From a virus, in IMG/VR virus record IMGVR_UViG_3300034069_000634, positions 1 to 64,000 of that record: a stretch of 64,000 bases of DNA; one strand, given 5' to 3'. The translations under genes and the position numbers were made by a program. Below are positions 27,670 through 36,097 of the stretch, piece after piece. Numbering within the stretch: position 1 is the stretch's first letter; each line of letters opens with the position of its first letter. Under the pieces are notes generated by a model, which saw only the letters and a list, made by a program, of their open reading frames with translations, ran no database searches and was not told the origin of the DNA.

Positions 27670-27837
27670 CGAGGTACGGGTTCCAATTTACGGCAGGGAT
27701 CCTGAAACTCTCTGGCGTTTATATACGTATATATTCTTCTTCTTTATATATAAGATAAGAATATATATCCATAATAGAAAACGAACTCGCACCAGGGAGT
27801 TTCAGGATTCGAGGGGTAAATTGGAACCCGTACCTCG
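27670..27837 (-). repeat. long-stem AT-cored palindromic element, copy 2
   Basis: Read on the - strand, its 3' arm is 40/40 identical to copy 1. It lies between a stop codon (27851) and the AAGGAG SD of the deaminase gene. Confidence 0.85.
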
Positions 27838-27850
27838 GTCGGGTTGGGCG

Positions 27851-28072
27851 TCAGTCGCGAGGCTTTGCGCGTGGCAGAGGCTGTCGCCACTCGATAAGAT
27901 CCATGGCGCATCCTCGGCAGAAATCGCCCTCCTCAAAGATTCCCCTTTCGCTATGAGGGTTTGAGACGTTGCGAGTCGCCGTTTCGAGACGCATCCAGCC
28001 CTTCGGGAGATCAGGAGCCGGAAGGCGAGAAATCTCCCCGCAGCGGTCACATTCGAAGATTCGCGCCATCAC
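27851..28072 (-). CDS. zinc-finger protein
   Basis: 73 aa with CDRC..CRGC. Confidence 0.5.
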   Translation of the reverse strand: MMARIFECDRCGEISRLPAPDLPKGWMRLETATRNVSNPHSERGIFEEGDFCRGCAMDLIEWRQPLPRAKPRD

Positions 28073-28368
28073 TTTGCCTCCCAGGTCACAGGAACGTCCG
28101 GTCCGACGAAGACGTGGATTCCTGGCTCGCCGAACGATTTATCTTCCGGTCCGAAAACGTCCTCGACCTCCGCACCATGATACGTGAGATCGAAGCGGCG
28201 CCCCTCGAACTCGATCGTCTGCGTGAACGTGATGCGCTCGCCGACGTAGATCGAGGACGGGTTGCCGTGCGGTCCGAAAGGGAGGATCAAGACACCGCGC
28301 GGAATCATCGGACGACCGACTTCTTCCTTCGAGACCCGGATCACCGGGCCGCCGTCATTTTTGCTCAT
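28069..28368 (-). CDS. hypothetical protein
   Basis: 99-aa 3' part of the 244-aa ORF-track entry. The upstream part is Arg/Pro-rich and looks like an artefact. Confidence 0.5.
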   Translation of the reverse strand: MSKNDGGPVIRVSKEEVGRPMIPRGVLILPFGPHGNPSSIYVGERITFTQTIEFEGRRFDLTYHGAEVEDVFGPEDKSFGEPGIHVFVGPDVPVTWEAK

Positions 28369-28382
28369 CGTCTCTTTCCTAT

Positions 28383-28607
28383 TCACGGCCGACCCGGGAC
28401 GACGACGTCCGGAGCATCGAGGTAGCACCGCGCGCGGCCGGTGAGCCGGACGCCATTGACGGTGCGGTCGTAGGTGAAGTCCTCTGCCATCGTCCGGCAG
28501 GTGATCTCGTTCGCGATCCGGACGGTCGCGGTCTCGATCGATGCGGAGGTCGAGCCTCCGCCGACGGCAAGGGTCGTGATGACGAGGATCCAGGGTGGCA
28601 TGTTCAT
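28383..28607 (-). CDS. small secreted protein
   Basis: MNMPPWILVITTLAVGGG N-terminal signal-like segment. ATGA-coupled. Confidence 0.45.
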   Translation of the reverse strand: MNMPPWILVITTLAVGGGSTSASIETATVRIANEITCRTMAEDFTYDRTVNGVRLTGRARCYLDAPDVVVPGRP

Positions 28608-29203
28608 TCTCCTTCCATGGGAACGGGGATAATCTTCCCCTTCGCGACTTCTCGGGACAGGTGATCCGTGTCTCCGCCGCGCTCCTTGAACTCGCGGTAC
28701 GTGATTCCGGGGTTTTCCTTGACGAGCCGGTACGACCGCTCGGACAGGCTCCCAGGTGTGAACCAGACGAGCACAGGAGAGGCGTACAGGCGGCACCCGG
28801 CATAATTCGACAGGATCCCCGTCGTTGACCCGTCCGGCCTGTGAGGGCGGATTTTCGGCGTTCCTGTGCCCTTCCGCTTGAGCTTGCCCTTCTGCGACGT
28901 CGGCTTGTGCGCGGGCATGACCGGCCGTGCGCTGTCCTCGACGAGGGGCGCCTTCTTCACACCCGAGGCCTTCAGGGCGAGGCGTGTCAGATCCCGGGCG
29001 GCCTTGATCGGCCGCGTGCCCAGGATCTCGTCGGCGACCTGTTCACCGATGTCCGGCAGGATCGCATGGATCGTGTTCTTGAACCGGTTGATCGACGAAA
29101 GCCGATCCGCCGTCGGCTCGACCGGCGCCTTGATCAGGATCTCGGTAAGCTGATCGACCTCCCGGCGACCGAGGATCGCTTTTGACAGGTCTTCGAGGGA
29201 CAC
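28604..29203 (-). CDS. hypothetical protein (basic linker, possible DNA binding)
   Basis: 199 aa, the first gene after promoter motif B. Confidence 0.5.
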   Translation of the reverse strand: MSLEDLSKAILGRREVDQLTEILIKAPVEPTADRLSSINRFKNTIHAILPDIGEQVADEILGTRPIKAARDLTRLALKASGVKKAPLVEDSARPVMPAHKPTSQKGKLKRKGTGTPKIRPHRPDGSTTGILSNYAGCRLYASPVLVWFTPGSLSERSYRLVKENPGITYREFKERGGDTDHLSREVAKGKIIPVPMEGE

Positions 29204-29242
29204 GGTCGGGGCTCCTGGGTTCGAGGCTTACGCCCCGGGACC

Positions 29243-29274
29243 TGTATAAGACCCCTGAGCGCAAAAGAAAAGCG
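29243..29274 (-). promoter_or_regulatory. early promoter motif B: CGCTTTTCTTTT-N14-TATACA
   Basis: Located 40 nt upstream of start 29203. Confidence 0.55.
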
Positions 29275-29278
29275 TATT

Positions 29279-29530
29279 TTAAGACGGCCACTTCGCCGCC
29301 GGGTCATACATCTCGCACCGCCGCGCGATGAACGACCAGACCTGACGCGCGAGCGTGTGGATCGGCCTCGGAGGCGTGTACGGGGCGATCGCTCCGTAAT
29401 ACTCGCACTGGCACCCGCGCCATTCCTCCTGGCCGACGCAAAGCTCGCACGCGTACGAAGGCCATGCGAGGTCGTAGATCAGCCGGTGAAGCCAGCTCAT
29501 ATAGAAGGCTGTGTCGCGTTCCTCGATCAT
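29279..29530 (-). CDS. hypothetical Cys-rich protein
   Basis: 83-aa ORF. Confidence 0.45.
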   Translation of the reverse strand: MIEERDTAFYMSWLHRLIYDLAWPSYACELCVGQEEWRGCQCEYYGAIAPYTPPRPIHTLARQVWSFIARRCEMYDPAAKWPS

Positions 29531-29760
29531 CGCGCGTCCTCCCTGCGGATCGCCTCGACGGCCTCCGCGTCGAGTTCGGCGCGCTTGTCCTCCTCGGCAA
29601 CGATCCTCTCCGGATTCGCTACATCCGTTCGGTCCATGTCCGGGAACGGCCGCTCAGGCGTCCCGTGCGTCTGCTTCTCGGGTCCACCGAGGTTCTCGAT
29701 CGTCATCGGTCGGCCTTCGAGGTCGGGCCGCGGCGCGGGGCCGTCCGGGATATCGTTCAT
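29527..29760 (-). CDS. hypothetical acidic protein
   Basis: 77 aa, an internal start within the 136-aa ORF-track entry. Confidence 0.4.
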   Translation of the reverse strand: MNDIPDGPAPRPDLEGRPMTIENLGGPEKQTHGTPERPFPDMDRTDVANPERIVAEEDKRAELDAEAVEAIRREDAR

Positions 29761-29762
29761 GG

Positions 29763-29870
29763 CTACCAAGTCCAGATGATGCGGCCGGCGACCGCGGTTG
29801 CGAGGATCCAGAGCGCGACCGTCGCGGCGAGCGCTCCGAGGACGGCGTAGAGGGGCGGGCGGCGTTTCAC
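29763..29870 (-). CDS. small membrane protein (35 aa)
   Basis: One hydrophobic helix. The GTG start overlaps the upstream stop. Confidence 0.3.
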   Translation of the reverse strand: MKRRPPLYAVLGALAATVALWILATAVAGRIIWTW

Positions 29871-30301
29871 GATTTCGCCTCGTCGACCGTGATCTTCTCG
29901 TCGGCCCATTCGATAGGCCACAGACGGATATGATCATGATCTTTCCGGGTTTTCTTTATGTCATCTTGCGTTCCTCCATCGATCACACTGAGCTTCGGCC
30001 GTTCGATCCGCTCGCCGGCCTGCACCTCCGGATCCGCGATCTCCATCCCGAGCGCCTCGCGCCCTATGATGCGGAGCGCGGCGAGGTAGCCGAGTTGAAA
30101 GTCGCTGTCGGCCGGGTCGTTGTCGAAGCTGGCGAGCGCCTGGGTGATGTAGGCGCGGCCGGCGTTTGTTCGGCGCTCGTCGAGGGCTTTAACGAAGGCC
30201 GGGAGGTAGCCCCGGACGATCAGGCCCCAGACCTCTTCCTTGATCGTCCACCAATCTACGTGGCGGATCGCTTCCGCATGTGCGTGTTCGGTATCGTTCA
30301 T
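29867..30301 (-). CDS. hypothetical protein
   Basis: 144-aa ORF. Confidence 0.5.
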   Translation of the reverse strand: MNDTEHAHAEAIRHVDWWTIKEEVWGLIVRGYLPAFVKALDERRTNAGRAYITQALASFDNDPADSDFQLGYLAALRIIGREALGMEIADPEVQAGERIERPKLSVIDGGTQDDIKKTRKDHDHIRLWPIEWADEKITVDEAKS

Positions 30302-30351
30302 CAGATCCTCCGTTCGAGAGCCGAGGCCCGAAGGCCCCGGCGGGTGACTAT

Positions 30352-31854
30352 TTATTCCACGAATACTAGCTCTTCTTGTGCTCTAGTCACAGCTACGTAG
30401 TAAAGATTGTGTTCTTGAAGTAGAGCCCAAGCCTTCTTCGCCGCCTTCGACGGGCAGCGGGAGGAGTGCTCAAACAGGTAGACCCTCGGCCACTCGCGGC
30501 CCTTCGAGCGGTGATAGGTCGCGAGAACGATCGCACCCTTCGCGTCGTCGGCGAACAGGCGGTCGATGAACTCGCGCACGTCGGCGACGCCGGTTTTGCC
30601 CGAGGCGATCACGGCGTTGCAGACCTCGACCAGCGTGCCGACCCGGTCCTCGACCTCCTCGGCCTTGGCGTCGTTGCCCTTCGCCATGGCCTTCTGGATC
30701 TCGCGCTCGCGATAGTCGTCGAGCTTGTTCAGGAGCGCCGAGACGGTCGAGACCTTCCACCGGCCGGCGAGCGCCTTCAGGCCATCGCCGATCGCTCGAC
30801 CCTCGACCTTCGCGGGCTTGCCCGAGCGGATCAGGGCGTAGGCGGTCTTCACGAGCGGCGCAGTGTTCCGGCAGAGGATCGCGTCGCCGGCCTTCAGGTC
30901 GTCGGGGAGCTTGGTGACGCGTGAGACCTTGCCCTCGGGTGCCTCGGGAGCGGCCTCGATGTCCGGGACCAGGGTCTTGGCGACCTCGACGACGGCCTTC
31001 GGGCAACGCCATGTCACCGACAGCGGCAGGACTGTGGCGTCGAGGCTCTCGATCAGGTTCGGAAGCGCGGCGGCGTCGGCGCCGGAGAAGCCGTAGATCG
31101 CCTGCCGGTCGTCGCCGACGACGATCATTCGGCCGCCGTTGCGCTTCACGAACTTGCGGGCGAGCGCCTGACGGGCGCGGGAGAGATCCTGGGCCTCGTC
31201 GAGGAAGACGATGTCCTTGCCGAACTTGACCGTTAAGTTCTTCACGAGCGGGAACAGGATCATGTCGTCGAAGTCGACGACGTCGGTCTGAGCGAGCGAG
31301 GCCCGGTAGATCGAGCGCGCCGCGGCGACGACGTCGGCCGCCTCGGAGGTGTCGTCGAGGCCGTTGACGTCAAAGTGGTCGGCGAGGTCGAACCAGGGAC
31401 GGTCGTCGTTCACCGGGAGATCAGAGAAGAATCCAAAGCCGGCCTGCTTGGCGTAGCGCACGAGCGAGATGATCTGAGCGCGATAAGTCGAATAGACCTC
31501 GATGTTCGAGATCGACGCCGCCTCATCGACGAGCGCCTCGACCTTCTTCTCGTTGACCTTCGGCTTGAACGCGTACTTCAGGAGACCGAAGCCGAGGCCG
31601 TGCAGGGTCGAGGCCTGGACCGAGCGCCAGTCGTCGTGACCGGCCTTCTTGAGCTTTTCGGCGACCTCGGTCGCGATCGCCTTATTGAACGCGCAGACCA
31701 GCACCTCGGCCCGCGGGTTGGCGCGCCGGACGGCATCAACGCCGAGGAGGATCGTCGAGGTCTTGCCGCACCCGGCGCGGGCAACGAGCGCGAGGTTCGA
31801 GGTCGAGCCGGTCAGGGCGTCAAGGAAGGCGGTTTGCTGGACGGTCGGGGTCAT
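30352..31854 (-). CDS. UvrD/PcrA-like SF1 helicase
   Basis: Motifs ARAGCGKTST (Walker A), VVGDDRQAIYGFSGA, TYHRSKGREW and YVAVTRAQEEL. Confidence 0.8.
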   Translation of the reverse strand: MTPTVQQTAFLDALTGSTSNLALVARAGCGKTSTILLGVDAVRRANPRAEVLVCAFNKAIATEVAEKLKKAGHDDWRSVQASTLHGLGFGLLKYAFKPKVNEKKVEALVDEAASISNIEVYSTYRAQIISLVRYAKQAGFGFFSDLPVNDDRPWFDLADHFDVNGLDDTSEAADVVAAARSIYRASLAQTDVVDFDDMILFPLVKNLTVKFGKDIVFLDEAQDLSRARQALARKFVKRNGGRMIVVGDDRQAIYGFSGADAAALPNLIESLDATVLPLSVTWRCPKAVVEVAKTLVPDIEAAPEAPEGKVSRVTKLPDDLKAGDAILCRNTAPLVKTAYALIRSGKPAKVEGRAIGDGLKALAGRWKVSTVSALLNKLDDYREREIQKAMAKGNDAKAEEVEDRVGTLVEVCNAVIASGKTGVADVREFIDRLFADDAKGAIVLATYHRSKGREWPRVYLFEHSSRCPSKAAKKAWALLQEHNLYYVAVTRAQEELVFVE

Positions 31855-31896
31855 CGATCGATCTCCGGCGGGGCTCTCGTCACCGGCCCCGCAACC

Positions 31897-31928
31897 TGTA
31901 TGCGCCCATTCGAGCGAAAAGAAAAGCG
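31897..31928 (-). promoter_or_regulatory. early promoter motif C: CGCTTTTCTTTT-N14-CATACA
   Basis: Located 43 nt upstream of the helicase ATG, directly after a terminator. Confidence 0.55.
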
Positions 31929-31934
31929 TCTTTT

Positions 31935-31967
31935 TGGAAAAAAGAGAGAGGGCGGACGCGCCCTCTC
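31935..31967 (-). terminator. rho-independent terminator
   Basis: A GAGAGGGCG/CGCCCTCTC stem with a 4-nt loop is followed by TCTTTTTT on the - strand. Confidence 0.6.
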
Positions 31968-31971
31968 CGCC

Positions 31972-32184
31972 CTACTCGACCGGATTGAGCATGGCGCCCA
32001 ACGCTTCGTTCGCTTCTCGCAGCCGAGCGTTTTCCTCACGCAACGCAGCCACGTCATTGCAGAGCGTAACGATGCTAAATCCGCTCGGCGCCCATTCTCG
32101 ATCAAGCGCCTTGCAGAGCAACTTTTCGACCCGAATTTGTAGCTGCGGGATGCTCTCGTTTTCCATGTTCGACTCCTCTCTCAT
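31972..32184 (-). CDS. coiled-coil protein
   Basis: 70-aa ORF. Confidence 0.45.
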   Translation of the reverse strand: MREESNMENESIPQLQIRVEKLLCKALDREWAPSGFSIVTLCNDVAALREENARLREANEALGAMLNPVE

Positions 32185-32189
32185 TTGCC

Positions 32190-33002
32190 CTAATACCCCG
32201 CCGCCTCCTTCAGACGGTCGAAGTAACTTTTCGGCAGGGTCAGGGTCACGGTGCCTTCGGTCTCATCGATATCAACCTCGGAGACGCGCAGCATTTCGCC
32301 GACGGCTTTCTTGAGCGAGGAGCGCGGCTCGCCACCCTCGACGTGCTTGGCTGTGGCGCGGGTCTTCCCGGCCTTCTTCGCGGTCTCGATGGCGCCAGCG
32401 AGATCGGACACGGCCTTGCCGGTGTCGCCCTCGGCCGCGCGAACGGTCTTCATCGCGAGGTCGGCAGAGACCTCGCCGGAGCGGACCATCGCCTTGACCT
32501 GTTCCGGGGCCGACTGAACTTCGAGCAACTGCACGACGCGCGTGCGGGTGATGCCGGTCTTCTTGGCGATCTCGCCCTCGTTCCAGCCGAGATCGAGGAG
32601 CTTCTTGAAGACCTTGCCCTTCTCGAACGGTGACAGCGGTTTGCTGGAGTTCCGGACGATCTGCGACAGGACGTGATCGGCCTCGGACGCGTACCGGGCC
32701 TCGGTCTGGACCGGGACGGTCTTGATCTCGGCTTTCAGGACGTCTCGGGCGTAGAGCGCTGCGGCGCGGCGACGGTGGCCGTTGGTGATGTAGGCGCGGC
32801 CGTCCTCCCAGATCGCCGTCATCGTCTCCTTCACGCCGACCTCGGCGATCGACTGCGCAAGCGCGAGATCGTCCTCGTCGTTCGGGTTGAAGTCGACGTC
32901 TCGGGCGTTCCAGCCCTGGCGGATGTGGAGGTCGTCGAGACTGATGCGGAACGTGTCCGAGCGGCCGGCGGCGATGCCCTGGATTCCGGTCTTCGTGGTC
33001 AT
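32190..33002 (-). CDS. parB: ParB-like nuclease-domain / partition-type protein
   Basis: ITNGHRRRAAAL (ParB box) plus an HTH (IAKKTGITRTRVVQLL). Confidence 0.7.
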   Translation of the reverse strand: MTTKTGIQGIAAGRSDTFRISLDDLHIRQGWNARDVDFNPNDEDDLALAQSIAEVGVKETMTAIWEDGRAYITNGHRRRAAALYARDVLKAEIKTVPVQTEARYASEADHVLSQIVRNSSKPLSPFEKGKVFKKLLDLGWNEGEIAKKTGITRTRVVQLLEVQSAPEQVKAMVRSGEVSADLAMKTVRAAEGDTGKAVSDLAGAIETAKKAGKTRATAKHVEGGEPRSSLKKAVGEMLRVSEVDIDETEGTVTLTLPKSYFDRLKEAAGY

Positions 33003-33038
33003 GATGGTCTCCAGCGGGGTCGATGATGCCCCGCCGGA

Positions 33039-33070
33039 GGTATGGCACGCCCGGGATTAAAAGAAAAGCG
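33039..33070 (-). promoter_or_regulatory. early promoter motif D: CGCTTTTCTTTT-N14-CATACC
   Basis: Located 37 nt upstream of the parB-like ATG. Confidence 0.55.
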
Positions 33071-33110
33071 CCTTTTTAGGGAGAGGAGGCGGATGCCCCC
33101 TCCGCCCTGC

Positions 33111-33425
33111 TCATGTGTCTGTAAGTGCGGCGGACAGGACCTCATCCTCGTTCAGCCGCTCGTTTGAGCTATCCATCTCCGGCCAGAACAGTACGACGGC
33201 GTGAGGCGTTTCAGCCGGTTTTTCTTCGATGGGTATTATGTTACGCAGCGCAAGAAGCGCGTGCGAAAGTTCAAGCCATGCGTTCTGTGAAACGAATTGG
33301 CTTTCCATCCCTCCGTTGAATGTGCTGTCCACCAACAAGTCCGCCTTACGCACCACATCGAGTACACGAGCATATGCCTCTGGGTTTAATTTATTGACGG
33401 GGTTCATGGTCTGTATGCGCTCCAT
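33111..33425 (-). CDS. orphan protein in an AT-richer patch
   Basis: 104 aa with a weak SD. Base composition visibly differs from its neighbours. Confidence 0.4.
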   Translation of the reverse strand: MERIQTMNPVNKLNPEAYARVLDVVRKADLLVDSTFNGGMESQFVSQNAWLELSHALLALRNIIPIEEKPAETPHAVVLFWPEMDSSNERLNEDEVLSAALTDT

Positions 33426-33481
33426 CTGGCATCGTTTCAGGGTGAGGTGAATGGCCTGAAAACGGCTTCACCCCTCAATCC

Positions 33482-33588
33482 GCCCCACATTCTGCGCGGC
33501 CTGGACGGATGCCGCCTGCCGGGCCTTCGCGCTCTGCCGCCGCCTTGGGAATGTGGGGTAAAATGGCTGGTTCCGTTACCCCACATTC
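33482..33588. repeat. CCCCACATTC motif x3 (two direct, one inverted) including a 13-bp-stem hairpin
   Basis: Motif copies lie at 33483-33492, 33549-33558 (inverted) and 33579-33588. The hairpin arms are 33549-33561 and 33576-33588. Confidence 0.6.
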
Positions 33589-33890
33589 TACCCGCCATTC
33601 CTCGTGCGCTCGCAAGCCTCTCGGTACAGGTTGACCCATTGCGGCTGCGACGCTCCGGCCCCAACAACGCTGTTCGCCCGCTCGTATGCCCAAAGGACCG
33701 GTGCCCGCTCTAGCTTGTCTGTGGCGCTCGTGAAGATCTGCGCCGGGTCGTCCTTGCTGAAGGTCCGAGCCAAGGCGTCTCGCACGTCCCGCACGTCAGC
33801 TTCTAAGGCTGCATAGTCGGCCCGCAACTGCTCGTTCTCGGCCTTTAGGCGCTCAATCTCCTCGCGCATGTACCCGACTGACCGGCTCAT
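33588..33890 (-). CDS. coiled-coil protein
   Basis: An AGGAGG SD precedes ATG 33890. This is the 100-aa 3' part of the 222-aa ORF-track entry. Confidence 0.5.
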   Translation of the reverse strand: MSRSVGYMREEIERLKAENEQLRADYAALEADVRDVRDALARTFSKDDPAQIFTSATDKLERAPVLWAYERANSVVGAGASQPQWVNLYREACERTRNGG

Positions 33891-33933
33891 CAAACCTCCT
33901 GCTATTTTGAAGTGGGCGGATTTCCCCTCTGCC

Positions 33934-34215
33934 CTACAGCACGCCCATGTCGGCCCGCGCCGAAGCCGTGCGGTCGGCGCACTCGGCCCGGCGCTCGACC
34001 GCCTCGGCGTTGTCCCCATAGTCGCTGTCCCCGCACCGGGTGCAGACGTAGACCGGCACAGAGCAACAGCAGCCCCATTCGCTGCACCCGGCATTGCGCC
34101 CGCCAGCATGTTGCATGTCGCAACCGACTTCCCGGCACGTTGCGGTGGCCGCGTACCGCTCCAATCGAGCAACCTCCGCGCGGGCCGCTTCCAGCTTGTC
34201 GGCAAACTCTCGCAT
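33934..34215 (-). CDS. Cys-rich (zinc-binding?) protein
   Basis: 93 aa containing many Cys residues. Confidence 0.5.
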   Translation of the reverse strand: MREFADKLEAARAEVARLERYAATATCREVGCDMQHAGGRNAGCSEWGCCCSVPVYVCTRCGDSDYGDNAEAVERRAECADRTASARADMGVL

Positions 34216-34256
34216 GGTGCTCTCTCCCTGTTCGACGGAGTTCCCGTCCGCCCCAT

Positions 34257-34457
34257 CTAAACCCGAACCCTGATCCGCGCCCCCTGGATCGAGCCGTGTC
34301 CGCGCAGGATCCGGCGCGCCCAGCCCGCGGCGTCGCGGACCTCGCGCGTTCGAGTCCTGGCGAAGAACTCCGCGACTTCGGGGATCTCGTCGGGGCGGAC
34401 GTACAGGGTTCGACGGCCGCGCTTCGCTTCGGCGTAGAGGCGCTCGACGGGGGTCAC
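34257..34457 (-). CDS. hypothetical protein
   Basis: 66 aa, GTGA-coupled. Confidence 0.4.
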   Translation of the reverse strand: MTPVERLYAEAKRGRRTLYVRPDEIPEVAEFFARTRTREVRDAAGWARRILRGHGSIQGARIRVRV

Positions 34458-34690
34458 TGTCCCGACCTCATCAATCGAAGATCGAGAAAGGCCATTCCGA
34501 CGAGCGTGTTGACGGGAAGGTTATACGCCTTTGCGATTCGCTGAAGATCCTTCATCAGAAAATCCGAATGATCCTTGACGATATTCTCGTACGGCGATTT
34601 TGTTATGTCAGAGATCGCGACGACCCCCTTTCTGAACAGAGTGACGGTTTGGCGAACGTCCTCGGCCGCGTTCTCATGACGCTCATCCAT
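34454..34690 (-). CDS. hypothetical protein
   Basis: A GGGAGG SD precedes ATG 34690. 78 aa. Confidence 0.45.
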   Translation of the reverse strand: MDERHENAAEDVRQTVTLFRKGVVAISDITKSPYENIVKDHSDFLMKDLQRIAKAYNLPVNTLVGMAFLDLRLMRSGQ

Positions 34691-34952
34691 TGGATTGCCT
34701 CCCGACGCACATAATCTCGACAGATGCGCGAACCGATTTTTCAAGCGCGTCGATTCGCTCCGAGATCTCGTCGAGCCGGGCGACGACGTATTGCGAAGCC
34801 GCGCCGAATCTTGGTTGATCAATGACCTTCGGCGGCGTCCAACGGCCACTGGAACCGGCGAGAACGAACTCGGCGCATCCATCGTTTCCCAATGCCTCAC
34901 CGTTGTAATGCTCTTCGGTCCAGTCCCCACACGCAGCACATTTTAGTTTCAT
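34683..34952 (-). CDS. hypothetical protein
   Basis: 89-aa ORF. Confidence 0.45.
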   Translation of the reverse strand: MKLKCAACGDWTEEHYNGEALGNDGCAEFVLAGSSGRWTPPKVIDQPRFGAASQYVVARLDEISERIDALEKSVRASVEIMCVGRQSNG

Positions 34953-35200
34953 CGCTCATCCTCACCGTATCGCTTGCGTTCCTCCTCCGAACTGAGCCGG
35001 AAGAAGTCGCCCCAATCGAACACGCGCGTGCAGTCCGACGGCCGATCACCGATCCGTGATCCGGTGAAATAGAAGACCGTCTCCGGATTCTCGACGTCGT
35101 ATAGAATTAGTGGCGGCCGACGTCTGGAGCACCACCATTGCTGATAATCCGGAAGTATCACCCGAATCCCAGGCGTATTGATCAATTCTTCTTCGGTCAT
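34949..35200 (-). CDS. hypothetical protein
   Basis: 83 aa, ATGA-coupled at both ends. Confidence 0.45.
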   Translation of the reverse strand: MTEEELINTPGIRVILPDYQQWWCSRRRPPLILYDVENPETVFYFTGSRIGDRPSDCTRVFDWGDFFRLSSEEERKRYGEDER

Positions 35201-35469
35201 CGCTCGTCCTCCTCTCGCCCACGCCCGCCCAGATAGCTCTCGCCCTCGGGCAGGAACCCGCCGCGCCGGAGCGCGGCCCATCCGACCGGGCCGACCGGCC
35301 GGTAGCCCGCCTCGATGAGCCGGCGGATCTCGTCGGTCGAGGCGGCCTTTTTCGTCAAGACCGATTCGCCGTCGCCCTCGCGGATGAGGAGCGTGCCGAT
35401 GACGGCGCGCGATGAGGCCTGGAGACGTCGCCGCCGGGCGACGGGTTCGTTGAGGGCGTGGTCGGTCAT
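35197..35469 (-). CDS. hypothetical protein
   Basis: 90-aa ORF. Confidence 0.45.
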   Translation of the reverse strand: MTDHALNEPVARRRRLQASSRAVIGTLLIREGDGESVLTKKAASTDEIRRLIEAGYRPVGPVGWAALRRGGFLPEGESYLGGRGREEDER

Positions 35470-35807
35470 TTCGGATTCTCCAGTCCGACGATTCGCCGTT
35501 CGGCGTCCTCTCGAAGCCGAACGCAGTCGGCGAGTCTTTTTCGGAGGATTCGTTCCTCGCTCTTCCTCCTCTCCCGGTACGCGATGAGAGCGTCCTTCGG
35601 ATCGAGGTGCGCGTATTGCTTTTGCGCGGACGTGTTCACGAAGCGCGACCCGTTTCCGAGGCCGACCCGGAAACCCTTCGGCGTGAATTTCTCGACGAAG
35701 AACGTTCGGATGACGATCTCCGGAACGCCGGGGATCGGGTCATCGTATTGATCGACGCCGCCGCTATACGTGACGGTCTCGTACCGGAAGGCGCGCGTTT
35801 CGGCCAT
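35466..35807 (-). CDS. hypothetical protein
   Basis: 113-aa ORF. Confidence 0.5.
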   Translation of the reverse strand: MAETRAFRYETVTYSGGVDQYDDPIPGVPEIVIRTFFVEKFTPKGFRVGLGNGSRFVNTSAQKQYAHLDPKDALIAYRERRKSEERILRKRLADCVRLREDAERRIVGLENPK

Positions 35808-36097
35808 TACCGATTCCTCCTCGGCGCCGGCTGCGAGAAGTCCGGGATCCCGCCTTCTGTCTTCGACGGCGATGGCTCACGGACCGGGGCGTGTGGCGAT
35901 GTCGCTAAGCGGGCTTCCAAAGCGGCGCCCGTGTAGCGGGCGAAAGGGACGAAGACAGTTGAGACCGATCCGCCGTTTTCCCGCCATGCAACGATCGTTC
36001 GGTAGATCCATCCTCCAGGGACCGAGATTCGATCAATAAATGTCGAAACTTTGTCTCCAGGCTCGGCGTAGACAGGCATCCAAGGGCGTTCGCTCAT
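35807..36097 (-). CDS. hypothetical protein
   Basis: 96 aa, an internal start ATGA-coupled to the HNH gene. Confidence 0.45.
   Translation of the reverse strand: MSERPWMPVYAEPGDKVSTFIDRISVPGGWIYRTIVAWRENGGSVSTVFVPFARYTGAALEARLATSPHAPVREPSPSKTEGGIPDFSQPAPRRNR

Noticed and set aside
29205-29245. GGGTTCGAGGC string resembling a tRNA T-arm; more generally, a by-eye search for tRNA genes in intergenic regions.
   Set aside because: No acceptor or anticodon stems can be built around it. No other T-loop-like GGTTCGAATCC strings were noticed. A tRNAscan-SE run would be needed to be sure.
30321-30340. GC-rich hairpin with a TTCG loop between the UvrD-like helicase gene and the next gene.
   Set aside because: No T-tract follows. 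It lies inside an operon and is probably just an mRNA stability or structure element. It is too generic to call.
33081-33110. Possible terminator after the orphan gene 33111..33425.
   Set aside because: The stems are short (5-6 bp) and mutually exclusive, and no T-tract follows on the - strand.
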